From Chrysomallon squamiferum (Eukaryota; Animalia; Mollusca): a DNA stretch of 64,000 bases. The notes below the pieces were generated by a model. The model saw only the letters and a list, made by a program, of their open reading frames with translations, was not told the DNA's origin and made no database searches. Shown in pieces: positions 28,745 through 52,870 of this stretch (position 1 is its first letter; each line of letters starts with the position of its first letter). The stretch is taken from contig CM022670.1 in NCBI GenBank assembly GCA_012295275.1, forward strand, positions 21,700,001-21,764,000. Direction: 5' to 3'. Made by a program: the position numbers and the translations under genes.

Positions 28745-30308
28745 ATACATAAATAAATAAAAACAAAATAAAATAAAAGATAAATAAACATTTTTACTTA
28801 CATCCTGCTCTGAAATATATTTTCACTTCATGAACAAAGTACAGTTTTCCTAGATCCACTTCCCACCACGTGAAAGGTTGATCTAGCCCTGTGTGTATAA
28901 AGTTGTATCCATTCTGTTTAGTTTCTCCGTCCACAGCTAGTGATGCACTGCGTTGTGACATGTAGTAGTCTGAGTAGTAAGAACTCTGGTAGGCTGACTT
29001 ATGTAGAGCTACATTTTCTGTAAATAAAATAAATGAATGAATAAATAAAGAAATTAATTAGTAATATAATTTACAGTCGGAAATTTATGTTAAGTATGAA
29101 AATAACAACGTAGAAAAACAATATATAAACTTACTCTAGAAAACGCACAAAGCTGTCTTTTATGATATTTTTATTTATATGCTGATTGTTGTTATTTATT
29201 TGTTTCATTATATCTTTGGTTGATTGTTTATTCATTTATTTATTATTGTTATTGTTATTATCGTTGTTGTTGGTTTTGATGTTTTTTGATGTTTTATTTT
29301 ATTTTATTTTCATTTCTTTTTATTTTATATCTGTCGTTAAAAATAATCTGGCTTGATTTGCCTATCTTCATTTTTAGATATTTGATTAACAATTTTTCTG
29401 TATTATAATATTTTAGGCTTTTAAAATTTCAGTCGCAAAAAACGATGATTATTGGTCTCAAAATAAATTATTTCATCTCGTAAGACTACTCAGAAATGAA
29501 AATTCAAAACATAAAAAGAAGGAAAAAGACACAAAGAAATCAGAATATAAAATTAATGCTACCTCATACGCAGTGATTAAATAAATGAACAAATATTATA
29601 TTCATTTATTTAATTATATAGATACCATCAAAACTACTGTTTTCATATATATATATGAAAATAGGCCTGATTAATCCGAGGAATGAAAGCTATGCATAGC
29701 ATAATAGATGAGAGTCTTCAGAATAATCTCTCCATCGACTGTTTACTTGTTTTTTTTGACAAACCAATACAACCAATTATAAAATATTAAAACAGACAGT
29801 ATTTGACATTTTAAAACCTAGTGACTATCACTGGCATCTGTACGAAACGAACATTTCAGCATGGTGTAAGACCAACAAATTGAAAGTCTGAATGGATTGA
29901 CGATACAGACAATGACGAATGACCGAACTTTGGTAAACAGACGCTCTTAAAATGAAAAAATAAATTAAATATATTGCCACTACTACGAATGCATACTTTT
30001 GCAAACGATGCTAAATATGAAGGTCATGACAGGGAAGATTGCTTTAGAGAGAAACATGGAAGAAAACACACAAAAACAACAAACGCAGTCATCAGTGACA
30101 GTTTCTCAGCTGACACTCGACAGACCTTTACTTGTAACATTCTTTAAAAACATATTCCAATTTCATGTCATTTTAATCTTTATTAACCGGACTCTGTCTA
30201 AAACGGTATATCTCGTTGGTCCCAAGTGAATCCGGATTTGACAGAGTTGACTTAAATTTTTGTAGTGAATGTACTTTCGTTCTTTCTTTATTTGTTTATA
30301 TAAACAAA

Positions 30309-30393
<85 letters not shown>

Positions 30394-31455
30394 ACAAATT
30401 TAAGTGCTTACTTGTTTAATTAAAAGACAATCTTTAAGGTGAACGGCCTATAATTTAGAGATCTCATTTAGAATACGTTTTCCGAATTCATCCACACGCA
30501 AGATGCAAATTTAACAGGTTCCAGGTGACTTATGTCAAGAGTCTATACATAGAAAATATTTTACACCGATAAGAAAACAGTCGCAGGATTCATCTCTCTT
30601 GTTACACAGTTAATAACCGTTAATATTAGCCTGTGCTGAAACAACGTTAAAATGCGAACACAAATTGCTATACATTTACCGTATATACTTGTGTATAAGT
30701 CGAATTTTTGGGAGACTATATTAAGGTAATATTTTGGGGGTCGACTTATACATAGGTAATGCTTTTGTAGCTGTTGCTGAAGAGTCGCCATTTTGACTAT
30801 TTTTTGCTACGGGATGCATCTAAAATAATCGCGGTCTTTCAGCTTTTCAAAAATATAATTTTATCGTATAAAAAATTTTGAAAAATTAAATAACAAAACC
30901 AAATATGAATGTAAAACATGATATTCTTCCGTTTAATGACATAAAAATACATTTTAAAGCGAGAAACTCGTCAGTACGGCGTTATGCCTTACGGCGTCTT
31001 GCAATGATCTAGGAATGCAGACTTCTCTGCCAAATTGCACTAAATATCGGTCCTAATTTCATAAACAAAAGTCACTTGTGTAATTGTAAAGAATTTGGTG
31101 AAATAATATTGCATCATATACAATTCATGGCACTGTCACACTGGTCTAAAAATAGTGACGGTGCCTGGAATCTACAGTCGACTTATACACAAGTAATACC
31201 TAAAATGACGCAATTTTTGGTCTTAAAATACACATCGACTTATACATAAGGTCGCCTTGTACACAAGTATATACGGTAATTTAAATTTGTAGTTATATGG
31301 CGTTATATTTTATGAAATCTCCGTAGCTCATTTCAGTGCGCATGGAATTTTAATATGCGTGCAGACATACATACATAAATTCAAACAACACATACGTATA
31401 TACTTTTCATGAAATAAGAAAACACACACACACACTCATTCACACAGATAGAGAG

Positions 31456-31502
<47 letters not shown>

Positions 31503-31703
31503 CATACATACACATACATACACATTACATACATACAGATATATACACACAGAGACGCATTTATATATGAGAAGAAAAAGTGGAGAAATGTTTTTCTTGT
31601 CTATAATATTTGAAACCGACTTACCAAACTTTGCAAAAATCTCGACACGTGTCAAAAAAATAAAACACATAAGAAAAACAAAAAACATCCACACTGTAGC
31701 CAT
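21178..31703 (-). CDS. Gene C: F-type lectin-EGF-TM receptor with YEAV/YDAL/YEQM tail (~525 aa if the stop exon is skipped; ~412 aa secreted form if included)
   Basis: Exons: 31625-31703 (signal), 28802-29017 and 28124-28351 (FTP), EGF 25930-26082, 25116-25250, 24108-24242, 23218-23352, 22469-22603, [22134-22268 with in-frame TAA 22246-22248], TM 21666-21765, tail 21178-21439. All GT-AG. Non-functional exon copies lie at ~24430-24542 and 23767-23895. Confidence 0.8.
23767..23895 (-). pseudogene. Degenerate EGF exon inside gene C
   Basis: Reads ECDSEKFGSNCNFTCGKCKNNIRSFIYDKCNVKQDLEGF*CKE, with AG/GT ends, lost cysteines and a stop. Confidence 0.65.
26280..27169 (+). mobile_element. Internally deleted Tc1/mariner element in intron 3 of gene C (same insertion as in B)
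   Basis: ORF track 26485-26802 (SLWKRFKTTNSTESHSRSGRSRLTTARVDDFLKVTALRQRFVTSQL) and 26786-27004 (QRCQECVNANGGYSSY). Confidence 0.78.
30679..31276. mobile_element. Non-autonomous pogo/Tc2-like DNA transposon (MITE), 598 bp, in intron 1 of gene C
   Basis: TIRs CCGTATATACTTGTGTA(T/C)AAG at both ends. TA duplication at 30677-78 and 31277-78. Internal TCGACTTATAC repeats. The empty site is in gene B at 18689-18690. Confidence 0.9.
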
Positions 31704-32010
31704 GTTGTAAAAACTTAGTCACTGTCAACTAACAAGTGTTTGTCTCTGTAAAGCGGAATTAGTTTAGAAAGTTTCAGTGCGTGACTATAAATGTCGTTCA
31801 AACAGACGTACTATAATCACGTGATTAACTAAATGCACAATTTGTTGTACAAATAATCACCATGCGCAGCGGCCATTTTGCACTAATTGCCAGTTCTTAA
31901 TTCTTCTTAAATTGCTTATATCTTACAAAAGATGTACTTATTGTCATATTACCATTTTTCATCCAAAAATTACTGTAATGAAAGAATCATATAAGTTATT
32001 ATATTACAAT

Positions 32011-32049
<39 letters not shown>

Positions 32050-32945
32050 AATAATAATAATAATTATAAGAAGAAGAAGAAGAAGACAAATTATAATAAT
32101 AATAATAATTAAAAGTAATGTTGTATGATTATTATTTGTTTTTCCTAAAAATAATATTAATGTCAGTGACAACAGATAAATGATACGAGCTTTATTTGAA
32201 GCCATCGAAGCCATGTGACTGCAGAAATAGCAGGCGATAAGAGGCAGAACTATGGATTCCTGAGTAAGAAAATAAATATTATATTAATTCTGTTGAATAA
32301 AAAAATAATAACAATAATTAAAACACAAAATAAAACAAAACCATCAACCAATACAACAACAACAGCAACAAAAAAATAAAAATAAAAATAAAAACCAAAA
32401 AGTGAAAAAAGTGAGAAAAAAAAAAGAAGAAAAAAAAAGAAAAAGAAAAAAGAAAAACACTAGTAATAATAATAAAGTGAAATAACATTTGAAGAATAAA
32501 ATTCGCAAATATACAGTCAATAACTCTAAAGAGGAAAGCAAAATAAATAAATAAATGAATAAATAATAATAAATAAATAAATAAATAATAACAATAACAA
32601 ATAATTAAGAACAAGAAACATAAAAAAAAAAAAAATAATAATAATAAATAAAAATCTATCACAAACTTTGTTCAGAGTAATTTGTCAGTAATGGACACTG
32701 TAATATAAAATAATGATAATCACATATTGGATTGCGTATTTACCGTGAAACATTTACAACGGAAATAAAACTGTAACCGCGTCAGCTTGAACACCAGCAA
32801 CAGCAAACAACTACGTTAACTTTAAGAGACTTACTTATGGTGGCACTTGTCCGTATGTATTTAGAAAGTATGAGAAACTGAATAACGTGTATGAAAGAAA
32901 GAATTCATTTATTTGATATTATTGAGCATATGTTAATTTCTTTAA

Positions 32946-32977
<32 letters not shown>

Positions 32978-33417
32978 TGTGTGTGTGAATTTAAAGAAAA
33001 AAAAAAACAATCCAAACACACGTTAAACTAATGTTTTGCATGTTTTTCAGAATCAATACAAGATAAATACATGTGTATTATTTCTCATGAATTCCGGGAT
33101 TTTTTCTGAATGTCAGCTGCACCCATTCCATGTTCCCTACAAATCTTTAGTAACTGATTAATTTGGAACAATAATGTTTACATGTCTGTAACTGTGTGCA
33201 TGTGTATTTGTTTTCGTGTATATTTGTGTTTGTATATATATATACACATACACACACATATACACATACCCATAAATACACATACATACATGAAAACAAA
33301 TATACAAACTTCCATATACTTGTTTTGTACATATCATGTTAAACTTTATTGCATGATGTGGTCAAGTTCACTAATTAACTCTTCATAAGAAAACCATCCA
33401 GAATAGACAACAACGAT

Positions 33418-33455
<38 letters not shown>

Positions 33456-33950
33456 AATAATAATAATAATAATAAATAAAATAAAATAAATAAATAAATG
33501 AAATAAAAATAATTAAAAAAAGATTAAAAAAAAGGAAAAATAAAACGTCAGATAAAACAATCCGAAAACATGGGCTATGATGATTGTAATTCTAACAGAC
33601 TCCTTTACTTCATACAGACCAGTAAAATCTACGAAATGTTGAAGTAAACAACAAAAATACAAGAAAATTAAAAAAGCATACAAAGCACATCACTAATAGT
33701 TAAACAAAATAGATGAAATAAAAGAAACACAAATGTTCCTTAAAGAGATAACAAACAATGTTGTTAAAGAATTTGAAACAATGAATACAATAAAATAAAA
33801 TGAAATGGTGAAACAAGAAAGAAAGGAAATAACACGTTACTAAAGGATTTGAGTTTTCGCAGTGACAGCTACCCCAGTTGTAAGCTCGTAGTGATGTTTT
33901 GTACAAACACACAGTGACACACACAGAGCGAGAGGGAGGGAGGAGGGAGG

Positions 33951-34037
<87 letters not shown>

Positions 34038-34499
34038 AAATAAAATAAAAGTGTACAGATTTATATCTACATATATCAGAAGTTTGCAATATTAATATGG
34101 ACAAAGCTGTAGTTTATTGCTAATATCTAAACGTAATTTTTTTTCTTGTACAGTTAACCAGTATTAACTTAACAAACTGCGAGTATCGTAACATGAGACA
34201 TATAAATAAAATGCATAACAAGAGTAACAAAAGTGCACGCTGGAGCCATGCTGAATTAGTCACTGATAACTGGGAAGTGTTTTATGTTTAGACACTTGTC
34301 TTTCCTATTCTTCCCTTCCGTTTGCTATCAAGTCACGAATAAGTGGCGTAGTGTATGACGATGATGCAGAACTGATGAATGTAATATTACTGTTAGATTT
34401 CATATGTCAAAAGTTATCAGCTAAAAAATCTTCAACAGCAGCCTCTCCATTAATAAAAATAATAATTTAAACAAAACAAATAAAAACTTAGTACGTACA

Positions 34500-34548
34500 C
34501 ACATGAATATGTGTTTTTATATGTGTGTATGTGCGTGTGTGTACCCAC

Positions 34549-34579
<31 letters not shown>

Positions 34580-35282
34580 TGTATATATGCATGCACACAC
34601 AACAACATGCACACATATATGCATACATACACAACCATACACAGATATATACATGAAGGACAAATGCATAAACACACATATTCATAGATATTTTGATAAA
34701 CACGTAATACGTAGGTAAACAAGTAAGTAATTAGATGTACACATTTTAAAGCCACAGACAGACACAGATGCACACACATAATAGAAATTATATTTTTAAT
34801 GTGACAAATAAGATAACAGGTTTAACGATATCACAGTCCTTAAAATCTAAACGAAATCAGGAAACGAGGTTTTATACACCATTCAGTGACAATTCATTGG
34901 GAATGATATGTAATTTTTTTTTTACCGTATGTTATCTACTTTCAATTTAAAATGCAATATATTTGGTGTTTTTTTTTATCTATAGATAGATAGACAGATA
35001 GAAAGAGATGGAGAAAAAGAGGGACAGACCAGGATAGAGAAATAAAGGATGAACTAGTGTGATGAAGGCAGAATTTCAGTGTTTCTCTGTGTGTCTTTGT
35101 CTGTCTTTTAACGGACGATATCCATGTCTTTAATCAAACTAATTATTTATTTATTTACTCTTTTTTTAGAGATATATATTTTAACAAGTATGTTAATGAA
35201 TCATTGTTCTTCTTATTCTTCTCATTATCATTATCACAGTCTTCCTTATCACTATATCTATTACCATTAGCATCATCATCAA

Positions 35283-35321
<39 letters not shown>

Positions 35322-36930
35322 GTTATTGTTATTGTTGTTGTTGTTGTTGTTGTTGTTATTGTTATTTAAAGAAAATGTTTGACTTTTGTACGGCAACTTT
35401 ATACGACATTTTTAAAGAAGGCATCGCCTTTTTCCAGTGAATGTAGGCAGTGTTGTTTTTGTTGAATCGTAAGAGTCCGCAAATTGTAACTGCCAAAGCC
35501 TTGCCGTCCAAACCTTGCAGATTCAATCTATTTGTGATCAATTTGGATAATTTAAAACATTTAACATCATACCATGCATATTTATATTTTATAAATACCG
35601 CGTCTTAGACGACATCTTAGGTTGAAAGGATGGTGCAGCTTGGCACAAATAGGAGCTCTGTTTGGGTTTCAAACGCATTATTTTTTAAAATATAGATGTA
35701 CCTTGTGTTTTTATGACGTGCAGAATATATTGTATTTACATCCATCAGTGAACTCGATGTGCCATACCACTGTTTATGTTTCTCTCGAATATGTTAAAAG
35801 AATCTCTTTTTTATTGTCTCTCTGATAAGTGGACACTTGCAATGTAGGGACACGTTTCTCGGCCCCACAGGTGAACCTGCAAGATAGGTACCACTGTTGT
35901 CAAGTTTGCTCAGCACAACTTTCAATATTTTACTGTGTAAAATAAAATAATAATATTACTATTAAATTATAAGGTAATTATACGCTCCAACCCTGTTATT
36001 ACCAGTATTTTTGGGACAATTAAACGTAAAAGAAAAATCTGTGTATAGGCTTTTATATCTGAACTAGAGGATTGACGTTAGTCTCAGACATTCTGCTTTT
36101 AACGTCATTAGTGTTGACGTCTCTGTTATGGTTATTGAATATTCATGAGTATAGAAATCACGAGTTTTGCACGTGAGAGGGTCGTTATACTGATTCATAT
36201 ACTGTTACGGAATTTATCAAAAATGGCGCATAGATTTTAATTTATTTATTTACATTTTTGTCGTGAAGCCGGCAACCTCAGATAGGAGTTGATCTTGTCC
36301 GTGACTGTTTTCACTAGCCAGAGTCGTCGTGAGACATTAAGATGGGGTTTGATACAGAACTACAAACATATTGACATACTTTGCATTGTTACAGTTATTT
36401 ATTTTTAAATACTAATCGACGCACAATTGTGACATTTATTTTGTAATTTGTGGAAAAAAAAAAAAACACATGCTCAAAAACACACACAGCAAAAAAATAA
36501 AATAAATAAAAATAAAATAAAATAAAATAACATAAATTAAAATTAAAATAAATAAAAAATAAATAAATAAATAAATAATGTGAGAAAATACAAACGTACT
36601 ATGATACATTTACAAAACAATAGAACTTGCACTGATTTAACGTGAATATTCCTTGTTTTTGTATTTCGAGTTTCTTCTGTGTATGAGAATTAAAATAAAA
36701 TGACACAAACAGGTCATGTCGACCTTTGTATACATTAATACGTACAAATAAAGGTGAAAGAAGAAAATATCATAAACTCTATATTACGTGAATAAAATAA
36801 ATCCTGAATAGGTCAGGTTATGTAGTTGCAAGGCACACCTTAAATTTAAGCTTCTGTTAAATAAATATTACATTATTATTAAACAGGAATATGTTGTTGA
36901 GCCATTAAAAGGAAAAGCGAGCCACGTAAA
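34500..36930. repeat. Intergenic block homologous to ~53500-55250 (upstream of gene G), including a decayed MITE end at ~35820-35897
   Basis: Shared AAACGTAAAAGAAAAATCTGTGTATAGGCTTTTATATCTGAA, TTTGATACAGAACTAC and AAAAGGAAAAGCGAG blocks in the same order. Confidence 0.7.
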
Positions 36931-37093
36931 TTAATAATACTTTATTCGCTTTGTAAAATCAGCTACTGTGTTGTTAACAGTGACGAACAGGTTTCAGCAG
37001 GTTTCACTCAGCCGGATTCACACATATACTGAATTAGGTAAGTGAGTGATTAAACTTCCTTTTAGGACATATGCGCCGCGCGCTAACAGAAGC

Positions 37094-37132
<39 letters not shown>

Positions 37133-37193
37133 GACAAAACAATTTTTCTTTCTTTATATACATACTTTCATATACACACTCATACTATACCAT

Positions 37194-37226
<33 letters not shown>

Positions 37227-37561
37227 AAATTACTCGAACGATTGTTTCGTTTGTGTTAGGTTTGCGTTGAATCATCTTTACTTAACCCATTTTTCGTTCG
37301 CTCTAATTTTATACTGAATGATATTCTTTTCCGTTCAGTATTACTATACTGTTACTCGAACAATACTTATCAGTGGCGCCAATTAACATTTTATGATGCA
37401 CTGTCAGTTTCTTATATTTCGCGCAATTCAGAAATTAGTAACTATTCCTTTCAGTTTATCAAAGACACATTAACAAATGCTAACTCTTCATTTTTTATCT
37501 ATGTGTCTCAATTACTTGAACTATGTATCCGTATTAATTAATTTATTTTAGTCATAATCGT

Positions 37562-37598
<37 letters not shown>

Positions 37599-37727
37599 TT
37601 TATTACTAATATATAAAAATCAAAAATGTCATTATTTAAAAAACCACCAAAAAAACTACAAAAAATTTGCACAAACTAATAATTGGTTTCAGAGAATTTC
37701 AGTTTGTGAACCTTTGTATTGCTGCCT

Positions 37728-37772
<45 letters not shown>

Positions 37773-38568
37773 TTACTACTACTACTACTACTACTACTAC
37801 AGCCTATTAAGTTTTGTTTTTGTTCAATAAGTAATTATATTCAGAGTGAAAGAAATCCTACAGTGAACGTAAAGTTCTGGTTTCTGCTCTGTTTGTAAGT
37901 AATGCTACAAATGGTTCGTGCCCATTAGTCACACGTGCCGATAGTTAGACACCCAGTAGTGAGTCACACAGTGAGAGCGGCAGTCAGATGAAACACTGGG
38001 CTAAACATACCAATGTTTAACTTGACTAACCCAGAGCAGAGCAGTTTTATGGGCTATTTAGTAAGTTACTAATGTTTACGTTTTCATATTGTTTACGTTT
38101 GTTATCACTTCTCAACTTCCTTGTTAAAGAACTTTATTAGTTATTCACTGGAACTAAATAAATAAACAAGACAAAAAGAAATATTCATTTCAATTGCTGA
38201 AATACCTGGTCACAGCGTCTTACAGTTTTCTCGTTTCAATCTCTGTACGTGTGTGTATAATGTTTGAGCGGGTGTGTCTGTAGATATATATGCGTGTCTT
38301 TATCCACACATATATTTTGTTTTTTGTGTGTGTCTGTATGTGTGTATGTGTGTGTGTGTGCTTATAAGATGAACACAAACAAACAGAGGTAGCATAAAAT
38401 AGCTAAGTATTAATTATATAACTAAATTTAAACTGAGATATGTCTAGATTTAAAGTACCAAAGTCTTGTATGTTATTCACATAAATATATTTTTAGCTTT
38501 AATGCATGTACCAGGTCGTTAAAGATTGAACAATATTGTATAAACTGATAATGAATTTTTACTTACAG

Positions 38569-38692
38569 AGCAGACAACTATAGACACTACAATTAGTGTT
38601 CTGTCATCTATAGACGCACAACTTTAGACAAATGATTACGATGCTTTGCAAGTTCAAACAGTTTGTCAATGATCTTCATATGAAAAATAAAC
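38569..38692 (+). pseudogene. Relic 3' end of another family member: TM-exon start fused to the tail end
   Basis: After TTACAG it reads QTTIDTTISVLSSIDAQL*TNDYDALQVQTVCQ*SSYEK*. Downstream sequence to ~39420 resembles the D/E 3' flank. Confidence 0.7.
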
Positions 38693-39754
38693 GTTAGAAA
38701 TATTTAAAATATCTTGCAGATACTTTTGTCCACACAGAACAATCTATATTATTTTAATAAAATTTTATTATTATTATTATTATTATTATTCATTATTATT
38801 ATAAGGAGTTAGTTAAAATCTCGCATATTGTTAAACTTAATACTTACGATTAAGAATGAAATATTTATGTATGTTCGTATCTGTTTTTTATCTATGACAT
38901 CTTTTCCTGTCTTGTTTATCGTTCGACATATCTTGTTTAGATTTCTTTAGACTGAGGTTTTCACAGTATTTACGTATGATTTTGACCATAACATATAATA
39001 GATTTGTAGTGCATTCTTCCCAAATAATGTAGAGACGTACAAATACAGATATATACACATATACAAGGCTGTTACTGATTATTCATTGACATTTTCTACA
39101 AAGTCTGGCTAGACTGTATATAACACAGTTATGAATATAACAATTAGAAAAAAAAAACCAAATCATTTCTCTTTCAGCTATAACCTGTAAATAAAACTTT
39201 ATTTAAACAGATTTGTAACAATGGTTCCAGATTTCATAACACATATTTAATATTAACACAAAGAACACTAACAGTAAATAATTTAATTAAAGCAACAACC
39301 ACTATAACAAACAAACAAAATAATACAAATAAAATAAACAACAAGTAACAAACAAGAAAAAGAAGAGCCACCCGCTCCAACTATTACTGTAGATGTCTCG
39401 TTGAATTACACTGAATAAATATAGACTGTTACCCATATATTGACTTACCGGACACAAATATTCACTACAACTATTACTACTAGCCTACTACTACTGCTAA
39501 TTATTATTGCCATATTGTTGAGGACCGTACACAATGAGAAGTGTGTCAAATCCCGTCCGTGGATAAGAAAAACTGTTGAATCAAAAAAGTCAGACGATGT
39601 GAACTGTATAACATTTGACATATTTGGAGGCAAATAAACTTTTCAAATATACTTCCCAGAATAGATCTCCTGCATTCTTGATTTTAGTAAATTTCCAGGA
39701 AAGGGTATGCCAATTACGCATCTACCCAATCTAAATTTCTACGCACGGGCCTGC

Positions 39755-39794
<40 letters not shown>

Positions 39795-40013
39795 TGTTAT
39801 ATTTAAGTTTTATTTTATAACGTTATAGAGAGTGAAAGAAGTCTTACAATGGGTCTCTGTGCAGTGTGACTCAGTTAAATACGACGGTATTCAGTTTGCT
39901 TCATGCGCTAAGAAGGAACAATACACATAATGTTAAACTAAAAGTTGAGTAAACATGTGCGCTTTGAACACGACCCAGGTCTTCCTGGATGACAGCGTCT
40001 GGTTTAACACAAC

Positions 40014-44423
<4,410 letters not shown>

Positions 44424-45489
44424 TTAAAAGAAAGTAACAGTCATCATTTAAAGTATTTTTCGGATATTATTTCTACAAAGAATAATCTATACCATGATAA
44501 CAAATTCCTTCGTTATAATACTTTCCTTTTTTACTAAAACGAGTTAGATAAAAACAGAAATATTGTGAAGTTCAGTAATTATATTAATAAAGAAAGATGT
44601 ATTTTTTGTGTGTGATATCTATCGCGGTCTTTTTAGATAAGACATTTGCCTCTCTTACTTTGTTACTCGCACTTATTTTATATCACTTGTTTTAATTCTT
44701 TCAGACTAAGAGGTTCCACTCTGTGTAAATATGACTTAAACAGATTCATGTAATATACTTGTACTGGTTTTGTTCAAATAAAATGCTTGTTTTACTTTTT
44801 GTTTGAATGTGTTTATATACTTAATAAGATTATAAACGCATCCTTCTAATAACTTCTGACACAAGAGTCACAGTATATATATTTATATACGTACACGACA
44901 CAAACACACACATACATGTGTGTATGTATGTTTCTGTGTGTGGCTGTCATTGAATCGTGGATGCGTATATTTCTATGTATTTCTGTATGCTAAGAAGATA
45001 GAAATTTGAAATAAAGTTTTAATGAACATTTGCTATTTTTTAACGTTATTAAATAAATAAACAAACACACAAACAAAGGAATAAACAAACAACAAACAAA
45101 CAACAAACAAACAAACAAACAAACAAACAAATAAATAAATACATATTACAGTTGTACTTACCTATTCAAATAATTTTTCATATTTCATAACAGAAAGCGC
45201 GCTAACAATAAATAAAGAAAGACAACGACTACAAGAACAAAAAACAACAACAACAACAACAACAAACAAACAACATTTACAAGAAGAATAAGAAGAGCCA
45301 CTAACTAATGTAGATGTCTCGCTGAATCACTGTGACAGTTATAATTTGCTCGAGAGATATCGTACACTGTTACACAAATACTGATTTAACTCAGAGAAAG
45401 ATTTATTTTTAGATAACTGTGTATTTTCCTTTATTTAAAGACGAAGTAACGTTATACTCCTTTTTCTGTTAAAGATGATTAAACAGGTA

Positions 45490-45617
<128 letters not shown>

Positions 45618-46001
45618 TTCACACTCTCTCACTAAAAAGACAGACACACACACACCCAGAACACAAAAACAAACACTTTAAGAAGATAGATAAATTTTCA
45701 AAACTTTCAAACTAAAAAAGATAATATAGCCGTTATTTTAATTTTGTGCTAATATATTTGTTTTCACGTGCAAGAATACTTCCGATATTATTATTTTTGC
45801 TACTGATATTACAACAAACCAAAACTACCACCACCACCACTACCACTACTCCTCCTCCTCCTCCTACTACTATTACTACTACTATCACTACGTCTCTCTA
45901 CTACTACTGTTATTGCTATTACTTTTACTACTACTAGTACTTCTGCTTCTACTACCATTATTACTATATTAATATTATTATTATTATTATTATTATTATT
46001 A

Positions 46002-46051
<50 letters not shown>

Positions 46052-46279
46052 GCTGTGTTTTATTTGATAAAAGTATTTCATAGACTACTGTTTATACAGT
46101 GAATGAAGAGTGACACAGTGTATGTCTGCAATGTGACCCAGTTAATCATATGTATATTCAGTTTGCACCGAGGAGAAAAAAGGAACAATACACATAATGT
46201 GACAGTAAACGTTGACTAAGCGTCTACGCCTTGAAGAACAACAAGTCTTCCGGGATCACAGTGTCTAGTTTAACACAAC

Positions 46280-51078
<4,799 letters not shown>

Positions 51079-52139
51079 TTAAAAGAAAGTAACAGTCATC
51101 ATTTAAAGTATTTTTCGGATATCTTTTCTACAAAGATTACTCTATACCATGATAAGAAATTCCTTCATTATAATACTTTCCTTTTTTTCTAAAACGAGTT
51201 AGATAAAAACAGAAATATTTTTTGTGTATGATATCTATCGAGGTCTTTTTAGATAAAATATTTGCCTCTCTTTTGTACATATACTACTTCGTTACTCGCA
51301 CTTATTTTATATCACTTGTTTTAATTCTTTCAGACTAACTCTGTGTAAATATGACCTAGACAGCTACATGTAATAGCTTCTACTGGTTTTATTCAAATAA
51401 AATGCTTGTTTTACTTTTTTTTTTTAATGTGTTTATATACTTAATAAGATTATAAATGCATCCTTCTAATAACTTGTGTCACCAGAGTCACAGTATATAT
51501 ATACGTACACGACACAAACACACACATACAAGTGTGTATGTATGTTTCTGTGTGTGGTTGTCACTGAATCGTGGATGTTTATGTTTCTATGTATTTCTGT
51601 ATGCTAAGAAGACAAAAATTTGAAAACTTTTAATGAACTTTTGCTATTTTTTAACGTTATTAAATAAATAAATAAATAACAAAGGAATAAAAAAACAACA
51701 ACACACAAACAAACAAATAAACAGTTGTACTTTCCTATTCAAATAATTTTTCATATTTCAAAATACAAAGCACGCTAACAATATATAAAGAAAGACAATG
51801 TCTACAAGAACAACAAACAACAACAAAAATAACAACTAACAAACAACAACAAAAATAACAACTAACAAACAATGGCATTTACAAGAAGCAGAAGAAGAGC
51901 TAACTAATTAATGTAAATGTCTAGCTGAATCACTGTGACAGTCATAATTTGCTCGAGAGATATCGTACACTGTTACACAAATACTGATTTAACTCAGAGA
52001 AAGATTTATTTTGAGATAACTGTGTATTTTCCTTTATTTAAAGACGAAGTAACAACTGTACTCATTTGAAGTAATACATTTTAAACTTTCAAACAGAAAA
52101 GACAGTATAGCTGTTATTTAGTATATTCTTCTTCTTCTT

Positions 52140-52170
<31 letters not shown>

Positions 52171-52304
52171 TTATTATTATTATTATTAGTAGTAGTAGTA
52201 GTAGTATTTGTTTTCAGTATACGTTTATTTTTTATTTCGTGCCACATCTTTTTAATAAATGCACAAATTGTTGTGGTTGTTGTTGTTATTATTATTATTA
52301 TTAT

Positions 52305-52548
52305 TATAGCTGTGTTTTATTTGATAAAAGTAATTTATACTGTATATACAGTGAATGAAGAGTGACACAGGGTATGTCTGCAGTGTGACCCAGTTAATCA
52401 TATGTATATTCAGTTTGCACCGAGGAGAAAGAAGGAACAATACACATAATGTGACAGTAAACGTTGACTAAGCGTCTACGCCTTGAAGAACAACAAGTCT
52501 TCCGGGATCACAGTGTCTAGTTTAACACAACATGGCTGCAGTTTACTT
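52305..52548 (+). pseudogene. Stub F: duplicated E-type promoter plus first 17 nt of exon 1
   Basis: Near-identical to 46050-46296. ATG GCT GCA GTT TAC TT at 52532-52548 is followed by abrupt loss of homology. Confidence 0.85.
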
Positions 52549-52794
52549 CCTTGTTGTCCGTTATTTTTATTTTTTAAATGGATACATAGCCATAACTATT
52601 TTAAAAGACCCTTACATCAGACTTGTGTAATATTTTATACTATATGAAAAAGTGTGTGTGTGTTTTTTTATTGGTGAATTAGACCAAATATAAAATAAAC
52701 ACTCATTAGGTGACAAAACGTAATGCCCTGCGGTGAAAAATAAACAACTGTCAATTCAAACAATCTTTATGTCTCTCAGTATACTGATCTCTCC

Positions 52795-52870
<76 letters not shown>

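Noticed and set aside
37880-38060. GC-richer island with a TGAGTCA motif between the two arms
   Set aside because: No ORF, RNA fold or repeat identity I can support; a lone AP-1-like heptamer is expected by chance.
39440-39750. Overlapping short ORFs upstream of D
   Set aside because: No recognisable protein; probably a repeat fragment.
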